Source: Eubacteriales bacterium (GTDB lineage: Bacteria; Bacillota; Clostridia; Oscillospirales; CAG-272). From it: 64,000 bases of DNA. A program made the position numbers and the translations under genes. Every line of letters starts with the position of its first letter. Positions within the stretch are counted from its first letter, which is position 1. Location: positions 46,094-110,093 of the forward strand of contig JAZNJH010000031.1 of the NCBI GenBank assembly GCA_045577925.1, read 5' to 3'. The notes beneath the pieces were generated by a model. The model saw only the letters and a program-made list of their open reading frames with translations, searched no databases and was not told the DNA's origin. Below, one piece after another: positions 27,332 through 36,398 of this stretch.

Positions 27332-29878
27332 TTATTTGCATTCAAACCAGTTGTTTCCCATGCTGACTTCACTTGTTAAAGGCACTCTGAACGCGGAGAC
27401 GTTTTCCATTTCGTGTTTCAGTATTTGTGCGGCCTTTTCGGCAACTGACGCATCCGCCTCAATAACAAGTTCGTCGTGAACCTGAAGTATAAGCTTTGCA
27501 TCTATACCAGCGTTTTTTAAGCTCTTATAAGTGTTGATCATAGCTATTTTTATAATGTCCGCAGCCGTACCTTGAATAGGACTGTTCATAGCAACTCTTT
27601 CGCCAAATTTTTTTAGCATCGCTTTGGATTCGCTCAGTTCGGGAATATATCTGCGCCTTCCAAATTTTGTAGTTACATAGCCTTTATCATAGGCCTCAGC
27701 GACAATGCTTTCTAAATAATTGCTTATACCGGGATAATTCTTTTTATAACCGTCTATATAGTCCGCAGCTTCCTTTTTTGTTACGCCCAGATCCTGGGAA
27801 AGAGAATAATCGCCTATACCGTATACAATACCGAAATTGACAGCTTTGGCACGTTTTCTGAGTTCGGGTGTAACCTCGCTTATCCCGACGGAAAATACCT
27901 GCGCTGCTGTTGACGTATGAATATCAACTCCGCTTAAGAACGCGTTTATCATGTTTTCATCATCCGATATTTCTGCAAGCAGGCGAAGCTCTATCTGAGA
28001 ATAGTCTGCATCAATAAAAACATTTGAATTCTTTCGGGGAATAAAATATTTCCTCAGCTCATGGCCAAGCTCGGTACGTATTGGTATATTCTGCAGATTT
28101 GGCTCAGTCGAAGAGAGCCTGCCTGTTGCAGTTATTGTCTGATTAAAGCTTGTGTGAATAAGCGAGTTCTCGTCTGCAAGTGCAAGAAGAGCGTCAGTAT
28201 ACGTTGATTTAAGCTTTACTATTTGCCTGTAATCAAGTATATCTCTGACAACAGGATAATAAGGTGCAAGCTTTTCAAGAACATCGGCATTAGTTGAGTA
28301 GCCTGTTTTTGTTTTCTTTGAAAAGGGAAGTGCAAGTTCTGAGAAAAGAACTTCGCCAAGTTGTTTGGGAGAGTTTATATTAAACTCATGTCCGGCATAA
28401 CCGTAAATCCTTCCGGCAAGCTCGTCAGCTGCGACGCCGAGTGATTTTCCAAATTCAGAGAGGCCTTTGGAGTCAATTTTCACCCCTAGTTTTTCAACAT
28501 CAGCCAAAACACCTGCAAGAGGTTGTTCTATATCGAAAAGTATACCGAGTGAGCCGGATTCACTAAGTGAATTATAAAGCTCAGCATAAAGTCTGTATAA
28601 TAGGGAAGCATCATTCTCGCTGACACTTGATTCAGATAAATACTTTAATGCCAGACGGTCAAGTTCGTATTTACCGATTGTTGAATCGTCAACGTATGCT
28701 GCAAGCTTAACGTCAAACATAAATTTGGTAAGTGGATCAATATTAAAAGTTTTGAAAAGGACTTTTGTATCATAAACTATGAATTTTTCCGAATAGTTTA
28801 CTATTAACTGTTCAACGTCTTTTGATGTGACTTCAACGATAAAGTTCGATTTGCCATCAGTAGAAACACGAATGTATATTTTATCCTGGTCAAACGCAAG
28901 AGTAATTGCTGCATACTCACACTTATCAAGCTCTGTTAAAAGCTGATCATGTGATATAGTAGATTCAGTTACTGTTGATGCTGTTGACTCTGCGGAAGCA
29001 TCCGTGTGTGCATTACTGAGATCAAGGCGTTTTATGAGCGCACCGAATTCTAATTCTGTAAACAGTTTAAGCAGTTTATCTTTTACGATTCCACTATAAG
29101 CTATTTCATCAATATCAGTTATTATCGGAACATCTAACTTGATTTGAGCGAGATCTCTTGACATATATGCTGATTCTTTCCCGTTTTCAAGTTTTTCTCT
29201 AAGCGAATTTGTTATTCTTTTGTCTGAAATATTAGCATATATCTCATCAAGTGAACCAAAGTCGCTTATAAGTTTAAGCGCTGTTTTTTCTCCGATTCCG
29301 GCAACACCGGGAATGTTATCTGAACTATCACCCATAAGTGCTTTTACATCGACAAACACTTTGGGTGAAACTCCGTATTTTCCAACAAAAGCACTAGTGT
29401 CAAATAACAGAGTATCTTTATTGGTTGCGAGCAATATATTGATATTTTTACTGATAAGCTGAAGAGAGTCGCGGTCTCCTGTAAGCACATAAGAAAAGAG
29501 ACCCTCATCGGAGTTTGCATATTCTGCAATAGTACCGATAATATCGTCAGCTTCAAATCCCTCAAGTGAAAGAACTTTTAAGCCGAGCAATTCGCAAACG
29601 CGTTTAGCATACGGCAGTTGAACAGCGAGTTCTTCCGGCATTGAGTGACGGCCTGCTTTATATTCAGAATACATTTTATGCCTGAATGTTGGTGCTTTCA
29701 AATCGAATGCAACTGCTGCAAAATCCGGACGGATATTTTCTAAATGCTTTAGTATTATGTTTGACATACCATATATTGCATTAGTGGGAAGACCGGACTT
29801 GCTAGTAAGAATACGAATTCCGTAAAATGCACGGTTCAGTATGCTGTTTCCGTCGATTATTAATATCTTTTTTGCCAT
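27332..29878 (-). CDS. polA: DNA polymerase I
   Basis: 5'-nuclease N-terminus (ILIIDGNSILNRAFY, GDSSDNIPGVAGIGEKTA) and polymerase motifs DYSQIELRLLA, RRKAKAVNFGIVYG-like and LQVHDELV. 848 aa. Confidence 0.95.
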   Translation of the reverse strand: MAKKILIIDGNSILNRAFYGIRILTSKSGLPTNAIYGMSNIILKHLENIRPDFAAVAFDLKAPTFRHKMYSEYKAGRHSMPEELAVQLPYAKRVCELLGLKVLSLEGFEADDIIGTIAEYANSDEGLFSYVLTGDRDSLQLISKNINILLATNKDTLLFDTSAFVGKYGVSPKVFVDVKALMGDSSDNIPGVAGIGEKTALKLISDFGSLDEIYANISDKRITNSLREKLENGKESAYMSRDLAQIKLDVPIITDIDEIAYSGIVKDKLLKLFTELEFGALIKRLDLSNAHTDASAESTASTVTESTISHDQLLTELDKCEYAAITLAFDQDKIYIRVSTDGKSNFIVEVTSKDVEQLIVNYSEKFIVYDTKVLFKTFNIDPLTKFMFDVKLAAYVDDSTIGKYELDRLALKYLSESSVSENDASLLYRLYAELYNSLSESGSLGILFDIEQPLAGVLADVEKLGVKIDSKGLSEFGKSLGVAADELAGRIYGYAGHEFNINSPKQLGEVLFSELALPFSKKTKTGYSTNADVLEKLAPYYPVVRDILDYRQIVKLKSTYTDALLALADENSLIHTSFNQTITATGRLSSTEPNLQNIPIRTELGHELRKYFIPRKNSNVFIDADYSQIELRLLAEISDDENMINAFLSGVDIHTSTAAQVFSVGISEVTPELRKRAKAVNFGIVYGIGDYSLSQDLGVTKKEAADYIDGYKKNYPGISNYLESIVAEAYDKGYVTTKFGRRRYIPELSESKAMLKKFGERVAMNSPIQGTAADIIKIAMINTYKSLKNAGIDAKLILQVHDELVIEADASVAEKAAQILKHEMENVSAFRVPLTSEVSMGNNWFECK

Positions 29879-30003
29879 ATTTCCCTCCGAAATTTTACAC
29901 TTGTTTAATTATAACACATTTTTATAATAATATCAATATTATTCACTTACTAATTTTAGATACGAACATATTTGTTAAATTTTGTACATTTGAGTTAAAC
30001 TAC

Positions 30004-30031
30004 TTGAATTTGAATTTAAATATGGTATAAT
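30004..30031 (+). promoter_or_regulatory. Candidate sigma-A promoter for the 30078-34417 operon
   Basis: TTGAAT, a 16-nt spacer, then TATAAT with an extended -10 TG (aTGgTATAAT). Confidence 0.5.
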
Positions 30032-30077
30032 AGAAAATATATTAACTTATTTATGTGCAAAAAAAGGGGGGGTTGAT

Positions 30078-31316
30078 TTGAACAGCAACAATGATATGGT
30101 TCCTGAAAACAGTAGCTTATCCAATATGAATAAATACTACGAAAGCGTTGCGGTAGCGTTCAGATACGCAAAATTCATCATTCTCTTTTTCACTATATTG
30201 TTTCTTATGGCAATTCTTTCGTTTTTCAGGGACGAAGTATCAATTGAAAACTTCCAATACATGCTTAAATATATTACAAGCGAAGATAACACTTTTATAA
30301 CCACACAGAAAATCCATTATCCAACCTCTGATTCGAAAGCACTTGAAATCTTTGCCGGCGATTTTGTCAGCGCAGGTACAAGCGGGGTTACATTATACGA
30401 CACTAACGGTAACACTGTTTTAGATATAGAAACAGTTCTTTCAAATCCTGTTTTTACCGTGGGGAAGAAATACGGATTATGTTATGATCTTTCAGGTTAT
30501 AATTACGTGGTTTTCAACACTTTCTCTAAGCTTTCTCACGATGAGTTAGAATATCCCATTGCTGATGCCGCGATAGATAATGGCGGTAATTATGCGATAC
30601 TTAGCAAGAACAAAGAGTACCGCAGTATAATCTATGTGTATAATTCTGATTTCGATCTTGTAAGCAGAATATACAAGAATGAATATACGTTTGATCTTGA
30701 TATAAATCCAAAAGAGATTGCATATGTTACAGCAGAAGCACTTGATTCAAGATTTCTTACCAAACTAAATGTTATAAAGCATAATTCTGATATTGAAACC
30801 ACCGTTGCCAGTGTTTATGACGAATTTCCTCTGTCTGTTAGCTTTTTAGATGGATCAATTGCAATGATCACAGATAAATCATTGCGCTTTTATGCTAATA
30901 ACAAGGATATATTCGAAGAAATTTCCAAGTATTCTTTTTCTTTAAATTCCCCGGGTGGTTATGCGGTTTCGGACAAGCTTGTTATGTTGTATTTCAAAAA
31001 GAATACTATCGGAAGTGAAAATGAAATAAAAATGTACTCAGCTGACGGCACGTTTATGTTTATGACAACACTTTCAGGTAAAATCAATTCAGTTGATATA
31101 AACGATAATTGTGCTATCGTGCAGACTACTGATAAAATATATATGATAGGCATTGAGAATAAAAAAATCGATGTGATCAGTATTGAATCGGGGGCAGAAA
31201 AAGCTATCCTGCAAGCTGATTCATCTGTATTGGCTTGTTATAAGAATTATGCAAAGCTTGTTGATTTCACAAATGCTGAAAATTCATTTTATATTGATAT
31301 AACGGAGGGTAAATAA
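30078..31316 (+). CDS. Hypothetical membrane-anchored protein, beta-rich extracytoplasmic domain (possibly the Clostridia-wide DUF5711 type; from memory only)
   Basis: TTG start at 30078 behind AAGGGGGGG. One TM helix (FIILFFTILFLMAILSFF) followed by about 340 aa rich in short repeated beta-strand-like segments. Confidence 0.55.
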   Translation: MNSNNDMVPENSSLSNMNKYYESVAVAFRYAKFIILFFTILFLMAILSFFRDEVSIENFQYMLKYITSEDNTFITTQKIHYPTSDSKALEIFAGDFVSAGTSGVTLYDTNGNTVLDIETVLSNPVFTVGKKYGLCYDLSGYNYVVFNTFSKLSHDELEYPIADAAIDNGGNYAILSKNKEYRSIIYVYNSDFDLVSRIYKNEYTFDLDINPKEIAYVTAEALDSRFLTKLNVIKHNSDIETTVASVYDEFPLSVSFLDGSIAMITDKSLRFYANNKDIFEEISKYSFSLNSPGGYAVSDKLVMLYFKKNTIGSENEIKMYSADGTFMFMTTLSGKINSVDINDNCAIVQTTDKIYMIGIENKKIDVISIESGAEKAILQADSSVLACYKNYAKLVDFTNAENSFYIDITEGK

Positions 31317-32056
31317 TGGGCTTGATAATTGATGTTATTTCGTTGTTTATTCTGATATTATTTATATGTTTGGGGTATAATAAGGGCTTGATCAAATCTG
31401 TCATGGGTCTTGTTTCCATTGTGCTTTCTCTGATTGTTGCGATCAATTTCTTTCACATTCCTTCGGCATATATAAGAGAAAACGTTATAGAACCGTATTT
31501 TTCAAACGAAACCTCAAAAACTTTTTCTTCTCTTATGAATGGAGGAACGAAGGTGATTCCGATAGAAAAAGTTTTCGAAGACGAGCCAGAGGCACTATCC
31601 GAAACTGCAGAAAAATTCGGCATAGATGTTGAAGCTATCAAGGAATATTATAACACGGCGATCAAAGGAATAGTTGATTCCTTTGATACCAAAACGATTG
31701 CTGATAAGTTATCCGGATTTGTTGTGGATTCTGTTTCGGCTACGGTTAGTAATATTTTAGGCTTTTTAGTTTTCTTCCTGGCATCACTTTTAGTTACAAC
31801 GATAATTATTTGGATTATAAGCCTGATATTCAAGTTGCCTGCACTTAATTTTGCAAACAAGCTTGCCGGTGCCATACTTGGCGTTGTTAAAGCTTTTGTA
31901 CTAATAGTAATAGTAACAAATGTTACTCTTAGTCTGGTTTCGGCAATTGGTAACAACACAAGCGACGCGAATGGAGTTGATAAGTTCTGGAGCGAACAGG
32001 CTGCAGTAACTTCTGTTGCCTATGGCATAGTTGAAAGTGTCGGACTTCTTTTTTAA
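31316..32056 (+). CDS. CvpA-family membrane protein
   Basis: The N-terminus IIDVISLFILILFICLGYNKGLIKSVMGLV is typical of CvpA. It has 4 TM segments and a TAATG overlap with the upstream gene. Confidence 0.7.
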   Translation: MGLIIDVISLFILILFICLGYNKGLIKSVMGLVSIVLSLIVAINFFHIPSAYIRENVIEPYFSNETSKTFSSLMNGGTKVIPIEKVFEDEPEALSETAEKFGIDVEAIKEYYNTAIKGIVDSFDTKTIADKLSGFVVDSVSATVSNILGFLVFFLASLLVTTIIIWIISLIFKLPALNFANKLAGAILGVVKAFVLIVIVTNVTLSLVSAIGNNTSDANGVDKFWSEQAAVTSVAYGIVESVGLLF

Positions 32057-32080
32057 CCATATTATATACGGAGTTTTTTA

Positions 32081-34417
32081 ATGGAAAAATGTGCAATTTG
32101 CCACAAACGTGTGGCGGTAGTTTATATGACAAAAATGGAACCTGACGGAAAATCTGTAACTCAGGGGATCTGCCTTAAGTGTGCAAGGGATATTGGTATA
32201 AAGCCTGTTGATGATATAATAAGGAAAATGGGGATTTCTCCAAGCGAGCTTGACCTCGATGACCTTGATGCGAATATAGAGGAAATGGCAACCTCACTTG
32301 CTGAGAATACGAGTACTCAGGATTTGACTGTCGCTTCTGAGCAAAGCGATGATGAAAGCAAAGAGGGAAGAGCTCCATCTATTGATTTTTCCAATTTTTT
32401 TGCTGCTGAAAACAATCCATTTTTTAAAATGGGGAATCCTGCAACTAAAAAAGCGGAGAATAAAACAGGGAAGAGTACAGAGGTCAAATATAAATATCTC
32501 GAGCAGTTTTGCGTCAATCTGACAAATAAAGCAAAGGACAGTAAGCTTGACAGAATTGTAGGACGAGAGCGTGAACTTGATCGTTTAATGCAGATTTTAT
32601 GCAGACGGCAAAAAAACAATCCTTGTCTTATAGGTGAACCCGGTGTTGGCAAAACTGCTGTTGCGGAAGCTCTTGCCCAAAAAATTGCTGACGGCGACGT
32701 GCCAATGAAGCTGGCATACAAAGAGATATACCTTGTTGATTTAACCGCGCTTGTAGCAGGAACTCAATTCAGGGGACAATTCGAAGCAAGAATGCAGGGG
32801 CTCTTAGGTGACGTTCGAAAAAAAGGCAACGTTATACTTGCTATTGATGAGGTACACAACATTGTCGGCGCAGGCGAAGCTGAAGGAAGCATGAATGCCG
32901 CTAATATATTGAAACCGGCGCTTTCCAGAGGGGAAATTCAGGTGATCGGCGCAACAACAATGACTGAATACAGAAAGCATATTGAAAAAGACAGCGCACT
33001 GGAGAGGCGCTTTCAGCCTGTGATCGTCAATGAACCTTCAGTAGATGAAACGGTTAACATAATTCTTGGCATCAAGAAATATTATGAGAAATATCATAAC
33101 GTTTTAATTCCCGAGGATATTGCCAGAAAAGCGGTTATATTGAGCGAACGCTATATAACTGACCGTTATCTTCCGGATAAGGCGATAGATCTGATTGATG
33201 AAGCGTGTGCTCATGTTGTTCTTAATTCCGAAATTTTTGAAAAATGCGATAAACTTTCTGAAAAGATATCCAGACTTTCTAAAAAACACGATGACATGCA
33301 AGCCGAGCTTTCCGCTAAATCTGAAGCAAATGACGAGGATTATGCGAATATTGCGAAGATAAAGACTGAACTTATTACTTTAAACGAAGAATACGACAGA
33401 CTGAAGCCGGAATATGAATCTGTTGAACTCACAATAGAAGATATTGCCGACGTTATTGAGATCTGGACAGGAATACCAGCGAGCAGTATAAACGAAAGCG
33501 AATTTAAGCGAATTAATGGGCTTTATGAGCGTTTAAGTAAACATATTATAGGTCAAGATGCCGCTGTAGATGCTGTTGTGAAGGCTATAAAAAGAAACAG
33601 GGCAGGGGTATCGTACAAACGTAAACCTGTATCGTTCATTTTTGCAGGACCAACGGGTGTTGGTAAAACCGAGCTTGTCAAAACTCTTGCTGCCGATCTA
33701 TTTAATTCACAAGAATCACTTATAAGACTTGATATGTCTGAATTCATGGAGAAGCATTCTGTTTCACGCATAATTGGTGCGCCTCCCGGATACGTAGGAT
33801 ATGATGAGGCTGGTCAGTTGACCGAAAAAATACGCAGAAAGCCTTATTCTGTGGTGCTTTTCGATGAAATCGAAAAGGCCCATCCGGAAGTTATGAACAT
33901 TTTGTTACAAATTCTTGACGATGGCAGAGTCACCGACGCGCACGGAAAAACTGTTAATTTTGAAAATACTGTAATCGTAATGACAACTAATGCAGGGTCC
34001 AATTCAAACGATACTGCAGCCGGATTCATGATGAGCGACCAGCAGATAAATGAAAACAAAACAGAAAAGGCACTATCTAAGTTTTTACGTCCTGAATTTA
34101 TAAACCGCGTTGATGAGGTTATAACGTTCAGGTCGCTCGATCAAGAAGATTTTGTATCCATAGCAGATATTATGCTGAATCAGCTAAAAGTTGCTCTTGA
34201 AGAAAAAAATATTAAGCTTGTATGGACTCAAGAGGCATTAGCGTACATTGCAAAAAAATCTTTTTCAAAAAAATACGGCGCACGAAATATGCGTAGATTC
34301 ATTCAAACAGACATCGAGGATGTAATTGCTGAAGAAATAATAACAAAATATGATTCTAATATTTTTGCAATCTCAATTGATGCAATAAACGATGAATTAA
34401 GCTTTGTGTACGCATAA
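32081..34417 (+). CDS. Clp/Hsp100 double-AAA+ ATPase (ClpC/ClpA-class) with an N-terminal 4-Cys zinc-ribbon in place of a Clp_N repeat domain
   Basis: D1 has GEPGVGKTAVAE and LAIDEVH. D2 has GPTGVGKTELVK and VLFDEIEKAH. Sensor segments are GARNMRR and others. The N-terminus is CAICHKR...GICLKCA. Confidence 0.9.
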   Translation: MEKCAICHKRVAVVYMTKMEPDGKSVTQGICLKCARDIGIKPVDDIIRKMGISPSELDLDDLDANIEEMATSLAENTSTQDLTVASEQSDDESKEGRAPSIDFSNFFAAENNPFFKMGNPATKKAENKTGKSTEVKYKYLEQFCVNLTNKAKDSKLDRIVGRERELDRLMQILCRRQKNNPCLIGEPGVGKTAVAEALAQKIADGDVPMKLAYKEIYLVDLTALVAGTQFRGQFEARMQGLLGDVRKKGNVILAIDEVHNIVGAGEAEGSMNAANILKPALSRGEIQVIGATTMTEYRKHIEKDSALERRFQPVIVNEPSVDETVNIILGIKKYYEKYHNVLIPEDIARKAVILSERYITDRYLPDKAIDLIDEACAHVVLNSEIFEKCDKLSEKISRLSKKHDDMQAELSAKSEANDEDYANIAKIKTELITLNEEYDRLKPEYESVELTIEDIADVIEIWTGIPASSINESEFKRINGLYERLSKHIIGQDAAVDAVVKAIKRNRAGVSYKRKPVSFIFAGPTGVGKTELVKTLAADLFNSQESLIRLDMSEFMEKHSVSRIIGAPPGYVGYDEAGQLTEKIRRKPYSVVLFDEIEKAHPEVMNILLQILDDGRVTDAHGKTVNFENTVIVMTTNAGSNSNDTAAGFMMSDQQINENKTEKALSKFLRPEFINRVDEVITFRSLDQEDFVSIADIMLNQLKVALEEKNIKLVWTQEALAYIAKKSFSKKYGARNMRRFIQTDIEDVIAEEIITKYDSNIFAISIDAINDELSFVYA

Positions 34418-34529
34418 TTAAAGGCGGCAGACAGGTTAGGTTCTAAAACTCCACTGTGTTTGCCGCTTGGTTCCAGTTCTCTGAATTATACAAAATTTGC
34501 ATTTTGTATAATTATTTATTGAGTTTTTA

Positions 34530-34557
34530 GGGGAACCTGGTGGGTTCCCCTTTCTTT
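34530..34557 (+). terminator. Rho-independent terminator (plus-oriented) downstream of the Clp ATPase gene
   Basis: GGGGAACC, loop TGGTG, GGTTCCCC, followed by TTTCTTT. Confidence 0.6.
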
Positions 34558-34559
34558 AG

Positions 34560-35186
34560 TTAGGTTTGCGAAACAGCTTTTGCGTATTCTGCAATTATCT
34601 CTGCTGCCTTTTGAGTGCCTGTTTTTCCACTGTCTATACAAAGGTCGTAGTTTTCAATACGCCCCCATTTTCTGCTTGTATAATAATTATAATAATTAGC
34701 GCGTTGCTTATCTGTCTTAATTATAATATCTTTTGCTTTAGCTTCCGTTATGTTTCGGCGCGTTGCAACGCGTGCCGCACGTGTTTCTATATCAGCATAT
34801 ATAAATACGTTAATTACATCTGGAATTTCTTTTAATACGTAATCCGCACATCTGCCTATTATTACACACGATTCCCTGCTAGCTAAATCCTTGATTATAT
34901 CAGACTGTGCTATATATAATTTATCGTTAATAGGCATTTCGTAAGCAAGAGCTGCGTTACCGCCGAACAGCGAGCCTCCCATTGCAAGCGTATACAAAAG
35001 ACTGTTCGTTGCTTTTTCATCGGCATCCGAAAGTGCATCTGAGCTCATTCCGCTATTTTTGGCTGCGAGCGAGATTAATTCATCGTCATAATAGCCAATT
35101 TTGAGTATTTCTGATATTTTTTTGCCGATTTCTCTTCCGCCGCTACCATATTGGCGTCCGATTGTTATAACTGTGTTGTTTTTCAC
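34560..35186 (-). CDS. Cytidylate-kinase-like family protein (AAA/P-loop kinase, Cytidylate_kin2 type)
   Basis: VITIGRQYGSGGREIGKKIS is the hallmark N-terminus of this family. GTG start at 35186 with GGAGG 9 nt upstream. Confidence 0.85.
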   Translation of the reverse strand: MKNNTVITIGRQYGSGGREIGKKISEILKIGYYDDELISLAAKNSGMSSDALSDADEKATNSLLYTLAMGGSLFGGNAALAYEMPINDKLYIAQSDIIKDLASRESCVIIGRCADYVLKEIPDVINVFIYADIETRAARVATRRNITEAKAKDIIIKTDKQRANYYNYYTSRKWGRIENYDLCIDSGKTGTQKAAEIIAEYAKAVSQT

Positions 35187-35220
35187 ACAGATACACCTCC
35201 TTTGTGTTTTTCGTTACTTA

Positions 35221-35249
35221 ATTATAACAAAATTTATCAAAAAAATCAA
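35221..35249 (-). promoter_or_regulatory. Candidate sigma-A promoter for the cytidylate-kinase-like gene
   Basis: The minus strand reads TTGATT, a 17-nt spacer, then TATAAT, preceded by TGT (extended -10). Confidence 0.55.
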
Positions 35250-35269
35250 GTTTTTTTGTTATTTTTTTA

Positions 35270-36211
35270 CTAAAAAATGCTCTCGATCGATTTCAAACTG
35301 CTATTTGGTGAATATTGCCAAGAATCTATATGTTCCCTGTCACTTAAATAATACCTTAGTTCAGTGTTATCTCGCTTAGATGTGGCGCTATATGTATCTA
35401 TTATAACTAGTTTTATTTTCATTCTTTCAGGTATAATATTTTTTATAAAAACAGCAGCTGTCTGCCCCACACTCACCCCGTCTTTATATTCAGCGAGTCC
35501 TGCCAGATTCGGCGTTAATTCAACAAAAATACCGTAATCTTCTATACTTCTTACAATACCGGTTACCGTTTGACCAACAGAGAAATTTTGTGCATTTTCT
35601 TCCCATGTACCAAGCAGCTCCTTATGAGTTACGTATATTCTCTTGCCAAAGTCGTCATTCTTTTTAATTACGCAGTTAATCTGTGCTCCGGAAAAAAATC
35701 TATCTCTTGGATGCGATATTCTTGAGACCGAAATACAATCAATTGATAATAATGATACTATTCCGCATCCTATGTCAACAAATGCGCCAAACTGCTCAAG
35801 ATGAGTAACTTTGGCAGGGATTATATCTCCAGGAATCAGCTTAGATAGCATGTTATCCATACATTCTTTTTGCGCCTCACGTCTGCTAAGTTTGATTATT
35901 GGTTCACCATAATGATCAAAACTAATTGATATCACCTTAAAGCAAACAGGTTTGCCTACACGTGTAATTACTGCAATATCTTTAATTTCTTCGTCGTCAT
36001 TTGTAAGAACAGCTTCTTTTCTCTCAATAAGCCCAATGTAATTTCCTAAATCAACACTTAATGTAAAATTGTTGTCACATTTGATTACAATTCCTTCAGC
36101 AATTGCTCCGTCTATCATAGCTTTTTCGATATTTGCAAGCGAAGACAAGCGTTCTCTGTTCTGAGCTGTGGACATAAGACAGCCTTCCGGCATATAAAAA
36201 TTTTTTAACAT
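35270..36211 (-). CDS. S1 RNA-binding-domain protein (three S1 repeats; ribosomal protein S1-like, short form)
   Basis: Repeated S1 signatures appear in GDIIPAKVTHLEQFGAFVDIG and GQTVTGIVRSIEDYGIFVEL. 313 aa. Confidence 0.8.
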   Translation of the reverse strand: MLKNFYMPEGCLMSTAQNRERLSSLANIEKAMIDGAIAEGIVIKCDNNFTLSVDLGNYIGLIERKEAVLTNDDEEIKDIAVITRVGKPVCFKVISISFDHYGEPIIKLSRREAQKECMDNMLSKLIPGDIIPAKVTHLEQFGAFVDIGCGIVSLLSIDCISVSRISHPRDRFFSGAQINCVIKKNDDFGKRIYVTHKELLGTWEENAQNFSVGQTVTGIVRSIEDYGIFVELTPNLAGLAEYKDGVSVGQTAAVFIKNIIPERMKIKLVIIDTYSATSKRDNTELRYYLSDREHIDSWQYSPNSSLKSIESIF

Positions 36212-36330
36212 AATATTCCCTCCGTTTTATATTGTCCGTATTTAGTATTATGATACATTTTATTACAGGGAGAACTTTAATATTCGAAAATTTATTAACA
36301 TATTTTCGCTAAAAAGAATAATATATGTAC

Positions 36331-36360
36331 TTGATTTTGTAATTAAATAAATGTTATAAT
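36331..36360 (+). promoter_or_regulatory. Candidate sigma-A promoter for the glycosyltransferase gene
   Basis: TTGATT, an 18-nt spacer, then TATAAT with an extended -10 TG (aTGtTATAAT). Confidence 0.55.
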
Positions 36361-36398
36361 TAGTTCGCAATCAATATTACGAAAGGACGAACCGGGAT

